DNA of 61,277 nucleotides, counting the filler, from Phoronis australis (taxonomy: Eukaryota > Animalia > Phoronida): assembly GCA_002633005.1 (NCBI GenBank). It is 4 parts of 4 records of this genome, joined end to end, with 100 filler letters (N's around TTAATTAATTAA, not from the genome) between each part and the next. Parts side by side here need not be neighbours in the genome. Positions count along the whole stretch, not along the records: positions 1 to 26,418 come from NMRA01000476.1; 3 more parts are not named here. The stretch is one strand, 5' to 3'. A program made the translations under genes and the position numbers. Each line of letters opens with the position of its first letter. Position 1 is the stretch's first letter. The notes below the pieces were generated by a model, which ran no database searches, was not told the DNA's origin, and saw only the letters and a list, made by a program, of their open reading frames with translations. Shown here piece by piece: positions 11,901 to 23,759 of this stretch.

Positions 11901-14900
11901 GCTGTTTACATGTCAAATGTATAGTTTGAATACAATTATAGCCAATGTACTTATGATTTGTTTGTGATGTTCTGTGAAGAAGAGCTGGCAGTCTGTAAAT
12001 TAATAAAAAATAAGTTTTCATCAATGTAATTGTAAGCTGTAGGTTAAAGAGTTGCAGTAAAGTTTTCTCAAATTCAAACGAAAATAATGGGAAAAATTGT
12101 TGTTTTTTCATTTTTCAAATGCTCATATTACCAAAAATGTCTATAATTTCATCATCTGTTTGTTGATTACAACCATACTATGTGAAGTTTTCAAATACTC
12201 AAGTAAAACTGTGTTCTTATTTACTCTTGTTGAAAATTTTGACAAAATTTAATAATTTTACTTATCCACCATACTTGAAGAAAATTTACCATGATAGTTG
12301 TGTTTTTCTGTAGCATATTAAGAGTTCCATGGTAAAGTTGAAGCCAGGTCACATCCTGAAGGTTTCACAAGAGTTACAAAGGAGATGCATGAAGCCTATT
12401 ACAATCAAATGTGAAAGGCATTTATTGGTAGACTTTCTACCGCTGTTGAAATTAAAGTGGGACGTTGAGTGGATAAATGTCATCGATATTGCACCACAAG
12501 CAGTTATCTTCAAACTTTCGAAGTTTAATTTTAAATTTTGGGAAATAATGGATAGTAATCAGGTATGGATTTTGAAAAGTTATGAAAACCAGTTACTTCC
12601 TCTTATTGCACCTGATGTTCAGTTGAAATGACTGATTCTCAGATCAGGGACCGTCACGTCCTACTTTTACTGTGGGAATAACATAAATGTTTTTTAATCC
12701 ATGTTCTGGAGTTAATTTTACGATTTTATTTTCCAGGATTTGCATCAGTGCAGGCTGCAACACTATTACAGAAAGTGACCCCACAACGGTGCACTTGGTG
12801 TGGATGTCGGGCAATCACAAGTTCTAGTTCATCAAATGAGAGCTCCAAAGCAAGTGGGTGAGTGATCGTAGGTTTCATGCCCTTCAGCTGCTGGGTAGAT
12901 CTGGGGAGTCGCCACTTGAGCTCAGTTTTAATAATGAAAGAATGAGCACTGGACTCGAAGGAAACCTGGATGTAATGTGAAAGTGGTTTCTGGAACTGGG
13001 TCACTATTAACTTGACGTTACACGGCCTGCAGTTGGAATAAAGACATTTGTACAGGGATTATGAAAAAACTTGATATCACAGCAGTCATTTTCTTATGGT
13101 TACTATATTGTACTTGTTGAACTAGGCTTACAACAATGTAAAATTTTCTTTATGTTCAGTTTTTGTTGAGAAATTCTTCTGCTGTGTCAGGTAGGGATTA
13201 AGTGCTGTGTTGGCGCATTTCTCAAACGTGGGGTAAACCAGAGGTTTGTTGCCACCAGCTGTTCCCAACGGAAGATTGTGGCTGACATTCAATGACTGAA
13301 TACAGTCTTCTTTTGTGGATCCCATGAACTATTCTTTCAGGCTTTCAAAAGAAGCCTACTCATTTATCAGTCTGTTTTGTCCAGGTGTCAGCTATTCAGC
13401 ACCTCTGTACTATCAAGACTTGAGGATCAGGTGGAGCACGTCAGCAGCACAGGTAAGAACTAACTTGATGGTATGGTAGAAACCCTGGTTTTCCATGATA
13501 TCGGAGAATTGATGAGATTCTTAGTTCTTTCAAAGAATTAGAAGTTGAAATTCTCATTTCAGTTGTAGATACCGTAGTTCTACTTTTGGTTTGCTGAAAA
13601 TTAAGAAATAAATGTAATCCATCAAATTCGAAAATCAAGCCCGATTCTGGCCACAAGTTGATTAATGATGTGCAGAAGTAGTTATACATTCTCTCTGAAG
13701 GTGGCACTATTCTTTTCTGTGTTTGAGAAACAATCAACATGGCATGTAGCGACTTAACAGTAAAACTGCAGTGTAAAGAGATAGGTAATTCCAGGAAAAT
13801 GTTTGTTATTTATTACATTCAACTAGTAAAACAGAATCTGCTAACTTACAAATCCCAGAATTTTAGCATCGCTAAAACAGATTTAATGTTTTTGAAAAAC
13901 AGAAAATAAGGGTCTCTAGTCATGACAACAAAGAGTATAAGTTCAGTTGTTATGACTTTGTTGCTGTAATAGTAAGTTTTTTGTGACCTCAGTTTGCTTT
14001 GTGATATGTTGTGCACCCTTTGTTTTAAAGAGATGAAATTGAAATGTGGTAGTTGAGGCTTTAGAACTTGATTTATAGTCAACGTCCTTGGTATATAATG
14101 TTCACTATGGCATTCCATACCTTAAATCCCAATCCAACTGTATTGCATACAAGTTGTCTACAGTCATTTTTGATTAAAACAAATCATTGAGACAATGCCC
14201 AGGAGGGTTTGTTGTAACACTGTTTGACTGTATGTGGATTCTCCTTTCTACAGCCTTGTATGTTTTGTCCGGGGTTAGGATGGGATATGACGGTGATGAC
14301 TGGAGGGTTTTGAAAGAGTATAGTCTGTTGTTTTTCACTTGTCTTATGAATGGCAATTACACCCCAGAGGCTCTTTTTAACGATGGTCATATAGCTATCC
14401 TTAGGTAACCCTGTCATATTTGAGGCTTTCACTTACACACAGATCCTTAAATTGTTTTCCAATGTTTGTTTGTGGGAATACAGACAGCAGTAAAATGTTA
14501 GTAGCAGTGTTTTGTTTTTACGTAAAAACACAGCATAATGTTCTCAATCTCATATCTTTTACCATCTTAGCTGTGACCAGGGGCATGACTTTTAATGAAA
14601 TGAACCCCAGTTATTGACTGTTGTTAGAGGTGGTCAAGCTAATCCAAACGTGGAATTCTGTCTTATCTTGCCAATCTTTCCAGATATCGCACACAAAGTC
14701 AACTCAACACTAACATCAGAACAGCTTGGTCGGCTGTTTGCTGTGGTACACATTGGTGCATCACAAAGGAAGGTAACGGTGGAGGATATAATCATTGTGC
14801 ACGGCTCATTGCAGGCAGAATGTGGGGAACGCATTCGGCTGGAAAAGGTATGTGAACGTCTTAGAGTAGAATAGACCACAGTCTTCTGTAAGCAGCCTAG

Positions 14901-17900
14901 TTGTGCAGGTACACGTTATTCCCATCACCTGTTGTTATCACTTGATAGCTGAAAAAGGATGGTTTCTTCTGTTGAGTGAGATTGTCTGACCAAGTTATTA
15001 TCACACAGTTATGCTAGGTGAACAAAGGTTTACTGTCCCCCTTTTTCCTGTCCATACATAGTTGGTCGGTGCTGGACTGAATAGTCTGCATGAGAATCTG
15101 GCCATCGATCTTGTTTTAACAACTTCAAAGTTTGTAGTGCTAATAAAATTAAAATGCAGGTGGTCTGATACACGTTGTACCAGACGTGTGCAGGCCACCT
15201 GGAACTAATTATTAATATATAGTTAAAACCCAGCTGAGGAGCTTGAAACCTGACTCAAGGGTTTAGTAGTGTGATTCAGTGGGACTCCCACAACTTCAAG
15301 TAAACAAAGCGCGCAACTATCACACTAGGCCACACTGGCAACTATCACACTAGGCCNTAAGATATGCCCTGGCAAGCTGACAGCATATGACATGTGATGT
15401 GTTTACAGTAGGTCGCAAGCTTGCTGTTCTCGTTGGCTGATCAAAAACTGCAGTGTGTCGATATGAAGTCTGTTAAACTTTCAAACAACTCTGATGTTAG
15501 GCGTGGTCAATGATGGACTTCAACCACTTCCAATATTATATAAATTGTATCGATATCAATTGTATCGAAAAATTACCTTGTCCAAGTTTGGAACCAGGTG
15601 TCCTAACCGGTCGACCAAAGAGCATTTGCCTGCAGGCGATTGATTAAGAGAGGCCTTTATATTACTACACTCACTGCAGATTCACCACATTCTTCCCCAT
15701 CCAATGATTAGAGGTCATGCCTCCTGGAACTCAACATCAGATCGGCCCCCTCTACATCTGCTTCCTCCTTGGCCATTGTGGCACTATCAAACTCGGGAGG
15801 CTGTTTGGACCCTTTCTGCTGTTTACATGTCAAATGTATAGTTAGAATATAATTATAGCCAATGTATTTATAATTTTTTTGTGATGTTCTGTAAAGAAGA
15901 GCTGGCAGTCTGTAAATTAATAAAAAATAAGTTTTCATCAATGTAATTGTATGCTGTAGGTTAAAGAGTTGCAGTCAAGTTTTCTCAAATTCAAACGAAA
16001 ATAGTGGGAAAAATTGTTGTTTTTTTCATTTTTCAAATGCTCATATTACCAAAAATGTCTATAATTTCGTCATCTGTTTGTTGATTGCAACCATACTATG
16101 CAAAGTTTTCAAATACTCAAGTAAAACTGTGTTCTTATTTACTCTTGTTGAAAATTTTGACAAAATTTAATAATTTTACTTCTCCACCATACTTGAAGAA
16201 AATTTACCATGATAGTTGTGTTTTTCTGTAGCATATTAAGAGTTCCATGGTAAACCTGAAGCCAGGTCACATCCTGAAGCTTTCACAAGAGTTAGGAGGT
16301 GCATGTAGCCTATTACAATCAAATGTGAAAGGCATTTATTGGTAGACGTTCTACCGTTGTTGAAATTAAAGTGGGACGTTGAGTGGATAAATGTCATCGA
16401 TATTGCACCACAACCATTTATCATCAAACTGACAAAGTTTAATTTTAAATTTTGAGAAATAATGAATAGTAATCAGATATGGATTTTGAAAAGTAATGAG
16501 AACAAGTTACTTCCACTAATAGCACCTGATATTCAGTCGAAATGACTGATTCTCAGATCAGGGACTGTCACATCCTACTTTTACTGTGGGAATAACATAA
16601 ATGTTTTTTATTCCATGTTCTGGAGTTAATTTTACGATTTTATTTTCCAGGGTTTGCATCAGTGCAGGCTGCAACACTATTACAGAAAGTGACCCCACAA
16701 CGGTGCACTTGGTGTGGATGTCGGGCAATCACAAGTTCTAGTTCATCAAATGAGGGCTCCAAAGCAAGTGGGTGAGTGATCGTAGGTTTCATGCCCTTCA
16801 GCTGCTGGGTAGATCTGGGGAGTCGCCACTTGAGCTCAGTTTTAATAATGAAAGAATGAGCGCTGGACTCGAAGGAAACCTGGATGTAATGTGAAAGTGG
16901 TTTCTGGAACTGGGTCACTATTAGCTTAACGTTACACGGCCTGCAGTTGGAATAAAGACATTTGTACAGGGATTATGAAAAACTTGATGTCACAGCAGTC
17001 ATTTTCTTATGGCAACTATATTGTACTTGTTGAACTAGGCTTACAACAATGTAAAATTTTCTTTATGTTCAGTTTTTGTTGAGAAATTCTTCTGCTGTGT
17101 CAGGTAGGGATTAAGTGCTGTGTTGGCGCATTTCTCAAACGTGGGGTAAACCAGAGGTTTGTTGCCACCAGCTGTTCTCAACCCAAGATTGTGGCTGACT
17201 TTCAATGACTGAATACAGTCTCCTTTTGTGGATCCCATGAACTATTCTTTCAGGCTTTCAAAAGAAGCCTACTCATTTCTCAGTCTGTTTTGTCCAGGTG
17301 TCAGCTATTCAGCACCTCTGTACTATCAAGACTTGAGGATCAGGTGGAGCACGTCAGCAGCACAGGTAAGAACTAACTTGATGGTATGGTAGAAACACTG
17401 GTTTTCCATGATATCGGAGAATTGATGAGATTCTTAGTTCTTTCAAAGAATTAGAAGTTGAAATTCTCATTTCAGTTGCAGACACTGTAGTTCTATTTTT
17501 GGTTTGCTGAAAATTAAGAATGTAATCCATCAAATTTGAAAACCAAGCCCAATTCTGGCCACAAATTGATTAATGATGCGTGGAAGTAGTTATACATTCT
17601 CTCTGAAGGTGGCACTATTCTTTTTTGGGTTTGAGAAACAATCAACATGGCGTGTAGCAACTTAACAGTAAAACTGCAGTGTAAAGAGATAGGTTATTCC
17701 AGGAAAATGTTTGTGTTATTTATTACATTCAACTAGTAAAGCAGAATCTGCTAACTTACAAATCAGAATAAATCCCAGAATTTTAGTATTGCTAAATCAG
17801 ATTTTTATGTTTTTGAACAACGGAAAATTCAAATTCAAATTCATGTATTTCAACATTTAAGGTCTTGGCCCACATGTTGCATAAAATTTACAGGATAACG

Positions 17901-20900
17901 CTGAGCAGCTTTTCCCTGAGGGCAGTGGCGTGAAATACAAATTTCATTAGATTAATCTGAGCAATGGGCTCCGACATTTTCATTAGTTTTACAAATGTAT
18001 GTTTATTTGGTTCACGCCAGCACCACTCAGGTATAAATGCAGTTCTCAGAGAGCAGTACATTTTACAAACACATATAAAATGGTATTCATCTTCAATTAG
18101 GGACACACAGAAACAACACACACGGTATTTTTGGTCCACGAGAGCATGTCTACCTTAAGTTTCTGTATCATCAAGTTGTGGTTGGAGCAACGTAATTTAG
18201 CCATAGCTGCTAAAAAGATATATGGAATATCACGCAACAGATAGGATTCCATTTCAAAAACAATTTTAAATGGGAAATATGTATTAAGTTTTGAGCTATT
18301 CTCCACAGCAAAGCTCCAGTCTTGTAAAAAACAATCTTTAATTCGCTGCTCAAAAAGGACAAGAAACGATGCTTCGCAGCCAACTCCCTGATTGTACCAT
18401 ACCAAACCAAAACCATACCTTTGCAGCAAATTCCTAACAGATGAAGCCCAATTTTTCCTACCAGCCTCATCCAATGTGACAAGCTTGTCATAGACAGATT
18501 TCGGATTTCGATGTGCTGGCATTTTTAACAATTTAAACCAGTACTTGATCAGTTTAACAAACAGCTTTACATAAATTGGATACCTTCCCAGTTCTCCCAG
18601 GACAGCATGATTTGGACAGTTACTTCCAACACCCAGCAGTTGCTTACAGAATTTCAATTGGACGCGCTCGATACTAGAGTATTCTTTAAATCCCCAAATC
18701 TCACTTCCATAGCTAATGATTGGGTATACCATTTTATCAAAAATCTCGAGTGCAATTTTAGGTGAAAGTCGTCCACATTTTGACTGAAAACGTTTAATTG
18801 AAAAAATTGCTTTCTGTGCCTGGTGAGACAAAGTTTCTGTAGCTTGTGTCCAGACTAACTTAGGTGTAAGGCAAATACCCAGGTACTTATATGATGAGAT
18901 GACATCAATTTTGTCATTTCCAAAATGCCATTTTCGGAAAATAAAGGTCTCTAGTTATGACAACAGAGTATAAGTTCAGTAGTTATGACTTTGGTGCTGT
19001 ATCAGTAAGTTTGTTGTTGTGACCTCAGTTTGCTTTGTAATATGTTGTACACCCTTTGTTTTAAGGAGATGAAATTGAAATGTGGTAGTTGAGGCTTTAG
19101 AACTTGATTTATAGTCATTGTCCTTGGTATATATCGTTCGCTATGGCATTCCATACCTTAAATCCCAATCCAGCTGTATCGCATACAAGTTGTTTAAAGT
19201 GATTTTTGATTAAAACAAATCATTCAGACAATGCCCAGGAAGGTTTGTTGTACCACTGTTTGACTGTATGTGGATTCTCCTTTCTACAACCTTGTATGTT
19301 TTGTCCAGGGTTAGGATGGGATATGATGGTGATGACTGTGGAGGGTTTTGAAGGAGTATAGTCTGTTGTTTTTCACTTGTCTAAAAAATGACAATTACAC
19401 CCCAGAAGCTCTTTTTAACAATGGTCATATAGGTAGCCTTTGGTAACACTGTCATATTTGAGGCTTTGACGCACACACATATCATTAAATTGTTTTCCAA
19501 AGTTAGTTTGTGGGAATACAGACAGCAGTAAAATGTTAGTAGCAGTGTTTTGTTTTTACGTAAAAACACAGCATAATGTTCTCAATCTCATACCTTTTAC
19601 CATCTTAGCTGTGACCAGGGGCATGACCTTTAATAAAATGAACCCCAATTATTAACTGTTGTTAGAGGTGGTCAAGCTAATCCAAATGTGGAATTCTGTC
19701 TTATCTTGTCACTCTTTCCAGATATCGCGCACAAGGTCAACTCAACACTAACATCAGAACAGCTTGGTCGGCTGTTTGCTGTGGTACACATTGGTGCATC
19801 ACAAAGGAAGGTAACGGTGGAGGATATAATCATTGTGCACGGCTCATTGCAGGCAGAATGTGGGGAACGCATTCGGCTGGAAAAGGTATGTGAACGTCTT
19901 AGAGTAGAATAGACCACAGTCTTCAGTAAGCAGCCTAGTTGTGCAGGTACACGTTATTCCCATCACCTGTTGTTATAACTTGATAGCTGAAAAAGGATGG
20001 TTTCTTCTGTTGAGTGAGATTGTCTGACCAAGTTATTATCACACAGTTATGCTAGGTGAACAAAGGTTTACTGTCCCCCCTTTTCCTGTCCATACATAGT
20101 TGGTCGGTGCAGGTGGTCTGATGCACGTTGTACCTGACTTGTGCAGGCCACCTGGAACCAATTATTAATATATAGTTAAAACCGAGCTGAAGAGCTTGAA
20201 ACCTGACTCAAGGGTTTAGCAGTGTGACCCAGTGGGACTCCCATAACTTCAAGTAAAAAAAGCGGGCAACTATCACACTAGGCCACACTGGCAACTATCA
20301 CACTAGGACACACTGACAACTATCACACTAGGCCACACTGGCAACTATCACACTAGGACACACTGGCAACTATCACACTAGGCCACACTGGCAACTATCA
20401 CACTAGGCCACACTGTCAACTATCACACTAGGCCACACTGGCAACTATTACACTAGGCCACACTGGTAACTATCACACTAGGACACACTGGCAACTATTA
20501 CACTAGGACACACTGGCAACTATCACACTAGGCCACACTGGTAACTATCACACTAGGACACACTGCCTCCTCTTTGTGTTGCTAGATGCACATTATGTTT
20601 TTGTGCTTCATACTATTTTTTATGATGTGAGTGCTTTAGATGACCTATTTCCCAGGAAACATCCGTGTGCTTCATTAGAAATTTAAAATAATTCGATTAA
20701 CCTGACAGACAGCACTGTCCAAGTGAATGTAATTATAATTCTTTACTGTTACTGTTGTTTTGTGAGATGCTCTTGCAATACATTTTCATTAACTTCACCA
20801 GACAATAGAAAGATAAGATAAATTGTGACCAATGCAAATACTCTGTCCAAAAGGTCTTGTGATGCGGCCAACAGATGGCGTGTATGAAGACTAACAATTA

Positions 20901-23759
20901 TCATTTACATGATATCAACGTGTTGATTTATAACAACACAATTATACTCATTCAGAGATTGTTAAAACTATATTTATATCTCCCATTTTTAACATTAAAC
21001 ATTTTATTAATCTTCAGGTGTTAATGGTCGGAAGCAAAGATTTTACAATTATTGGACGACCTCTTCTCAGGTATGTGTGTGTTTCTGATTCTAGTGTACA
21101 GAAGCTACTGAGTGTATCTTTTTAAATATTGCAATCAATTATCAAATGAAGGCAATTAAGATCACCTTTTCACCTGTTCTCAGGCTGTTGTTACTTATAA
21201 CTTGTCAAATGATAAACTTTCAAGCTCTTGGTCTTATTCTTGATGAGTCATGCTCACCACATTTTTAGAATTTGTTTCATGGAGTATTACTGGTTGTTTG
21301 CAAAATTGTCTGCGACTAATTTTGGTTTGGAAACAATGTCTTTTTATGACTGAAAACATCATACGCTACTTATTGATTTTAGGGTAACGGACAGTCAGTT
21401 TTAGTGGCACCCTTGCCATATTCCTTCAGCAGAATTCCTACTTTTTCTGAAGATGTGAATTGATTCTAATGTTATTACTGAGTCAGAGCAGTGTAAAATA
21501 TAATATGTGAAAGTTTCATGTGAATCTAATCAGCAATTTTTGAGATATGGTGTTCCGAAGTTTGCCAAATTCAAGAATAAAGTTCGCTTCTTTGTTGACT
21601 AGTTAATGTAGTCTTGTTGTGATTGTAGTCGAGACACAGCATGTGTGGAGGCGACAGTGATAGAGAAACGGCTGGATCAGGGAAAAGTGATAATGAGGTT
21701 CAGGAAACGCAAGCGATACAAAAGGATGTATTGTAAGTTGACCACTTTTTCTCTTTTTGTCACGGTCTAACTTTAAGACTGCAAATAATACTCCTCGATG
21801 GTTAAAACAGGAGACTATAAACTTGCATTTCATTCATAAAAAGTAGCAAACTTTCGATTTAGACCATTTATCATTACAAAATTGGTCTCAGTTTGTTCCT
21901 TACTAAGATGAGAAGTGAGTTTTGGTCTCGTTATTCATTGAGACCATGTTCCGTGCATAAAATGACAGACCATAATAAGTCAACTTGCAGAGCCTGGTGT
22001 CAGTTCTTTCGAAACCCTTAAGTTACTTGTAAATTGACAAAGGATCAGTTAGAGATCAACAGAATTGTTCCATTGAAATAGTCCCATGCATTTTGCAATC
22101 AAATTTTTGACTAGGAAATTTTTTTTGCATTGAAATTTGAGTTTGCCGGGATTTTGAGCTCCATCAAGTTTCCTGGAAAATTGTTCATGACCTAATACAC
22201 GGTTTGTTGATTCAATGAAAATTCCAATAGTCATCTGTATCATAAAACCATTGGTGCTTGTGCACGGGTTGTACTGCACTGACTGTGAAGTGTCAATGTC
22301 AGCCAATAGGGCTGTCCCAGATTACACGGTGATTGTACTTTCCTTTGACGCAGAGATAAGAAAGCGCGTGACCTCTTTTTGTAAATAAGGCACTTTTTTG
22401 TGTATCTTGTTGATGTCGGGAAGGCAAAGAATTTCACATCACTCATCTACAGGTATTAATGTCCAGTTTATCAAACTTTCTCACGTCGGAGTTGTAACCC
22501 ACAGCACAGCAGCAATACTTCGTTGGCATTTGAAGGACGAATAGAGTAATGCAACAAGAAAAACTTGTAAAGAATCAGACAACAAATAACTTGTGAAACT
22601 CCAATGGCACAAAAACGATGCAGCAAATGTGCCCGACAAGATATTTATGGCATTTTGGGTAAATGAAGCGAAATTCAAGTTTCTCTGTGTAATCAGGGGC
22701 GGCCTTATAGGGGTGAAATTACTTTCTAGTGTCCATGAGTCTTTTGGCAGCATAACCGTTTGCACAAGTTTCCAAATGGGAAGGAGTTTAAACCAAAAGA
22801 TGTTTTTTGAGATGGAAGGTGGATTTCTATCTGCTTTAAACCCAATACTGTTTTCAAACTCATATGTGCAGTAATAAGATGGTACACCAGCACACTTTGG
22901 GAACCAAAAAAGTGATACCAGCCCCATCCATTGTATTGCAACGTTCCCTGTAGCAATAGATTTGTACTTTGGTTGCCATATTGCACAGCTAAGTTCTGGG
23001 CTGCATTCTGCAGGTGCAAGAATTATTCAAATAGAGCTGGCATGATCACAGGCTTCGCTTGTAATGCAATATCTCCCAAAGTCTTGCAAGAAGTTGTATT
23101 TTCGTTCTTGGGTCTACAGAATACAGGCCTGGTTGGAGCGATGTAGACTTGTTTCCTGCACTGATGTGTTAATGTTCAGATCTGAAAACTGTTTGTTGTG
23201 TAGCCTAAGCATTTCACACTTCTTCTGGTGACTGCTGTGTGACACACAACCAAACTAAAACTTTGTAATCTCTTTCTAAGGTCACAATTGTGACATGCTG
23301 AAATCAGCATGATTGTATATCCTTGTTCATGTTTTATCTTGAAGGCAAGCTTATTTACCAAAGTTAATGTACTTAGTTTAAGTTAACTGAGTGCCATGTT
23401 GGCAGGTCAAAAATGGCTTCGAAGGCAGCTTAAATTAATAAGAATGTAATGGTTTATTAATCCAAATACAACTACTTTGAGCTCCATTCAAACACAGTAT
23501 AGTCATAAAAAACATGAAGTCATGGTAACTTGCCTTATCTCAGGTGAAATCTGATTTCCTGCTAAACAAATTTTTTTTAAAATAAGTTTTTATTTGTTTG
23601 GTATGAGAAGAAGGATTGTTTTGCCTGGGATTTGCATTTTCAGGTTCATAAATTCTTAATAAAGTTGTTTTTGTCTTTATTTCAGTGCACCGGCAACCTT
23701 TGACCTACCTGCGAATTAACAGTATAGACTTGACACCCCTGAATGAAGAGATAGACTGA
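5919..23759 (+). CDS. MRPL21: Mitochondrial ribosomal protein L21 (bL21m), 7 exons, 212 aa
   Basis: Exons 5919-5973, 12737-12857, 13385-13452, 14684-14847, 21018-21070, 21629-21732 and 23686-23759 total 639 nt in frame, all GT-AG. The translation has an Arg/Ser/Ala-rich presequence-like N-terminus, then GRLFAVVHIGASQRKVTVEDIIIV...[25 protein letters not shown]...VEATVIEK...MRFRKRKRYKR...QPLTYLRINSI, which is the bL21 family pattern. Confidence 0.95.
7701..7945 (-). mobile_element. tRNA-derived SINE
   Basis: The minus-strand head GGCAGTGTGGCCTAGTGATAGG...GGTTCAAGTTTC has Pol III A and B boxes, and there is a TTA-rich tail. Imperfect TSD TGTAACAAAG/TGTAGCAAAG. Related copies lie at ~15150-15356 and ~20110-20567. 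Confidence 0.75.
8164..10188 (-). mobile_element. hAT-superfamily DNA transposon, non-autonomous derivative (~2 kb)
   Basis: TIRs CAGGGCTCGACATTAA and TTAATGTCGAGTCCTG. A decayed minus-strand peptide at ~8440-8604 (YETTKRKQEFLLKWKEDFDWLRYD) resembles the N-terminal zinc-finger region of ZNF862-like hAT transposases. Internal direct repeats at ~9189 and ~9508. Confidence 0.75.
16651..19885 (+). CDS. MRPL21: Second copy of MRPL21 exons 2-4 (duplicate or alternative haplotype)
   Basis: Exons 16651-16771, 17298-17365 and 19722-19885 have the same lengths (121/68/164) and intact splice sites as 12737-12857, 13385-13452 and 14684-14847, with only a few substitutions. Confidence 0.85.
17829..18934 (-). 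mobile_element. 5'-truncated non-LTR retrotransposon (LINE, RTE-X-like), recent insertion
   Basis: Encodes the RT thumb and C-terminus (YKYLGI...YGSEIWG...VLGELGRYPI...CxxC..IEDEYHF..C) with one frameshift near 18160. It has a (TTTGAA)n 3' tail and an 8-bp TSD CGGAAAAT at 17821-17828 and 18935-18942. It is absent from the matching site in copy A (~13900). The clade is inferred from recalled motifs. Confidence 0.9.
20110..20567 (-). mobile_element. tRNA-derived SINE with tandemly expanded 5' head
   Basis: Same family as 7701-7945 (AAACCTGACTCAAGGGTTTAGCAGT...). The head is expanded into a 25-bp array. Confidence 0.7.
20265..20567. repeat. 25-bp minisatellite, ~12 copies
   Basis: Unit GG(C/A)CACACTGGCAACTATCACACTA repeats every 25 bp from 20281 to 20555, with partial units on both sides. 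Confidence 0.95.

Larger units (their letters stand above)
11430..20309 (+). repeat. Tandem segmental duplication (copy A 11430-15356, copy B 15358-~20309)
   Basis: TAAGATATGCCCTGGCAAGC begins both copies. They are collinear and highly similar with scattered SNPs and indels, and the junction is a single N at 15357. Confidence 0.95.

Noticed and set aside
11791-12631. 100-106 aa ORFs in MRPL21 intron 1
   Set aside because: No recognisable motifs, and the equivalent frames are truncated or broken in the duplicate copy.
13341-13384. Upstream acceptor (TTTCAG at 13340) as the start of MRPL21 exon 3
   Set aside because: After the phase-2 end of exon 2 it puts exon 4 out of frame. The acceptor at 13384 keeps the frame.
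20265-20567. Regular 25-bp repeats as a CRISPR array
   Set aside because: The units are head-to-tail with no unique spacers, there are no cas genes, the context is a eukaryotic intron, and the unit derives from a SINE head.
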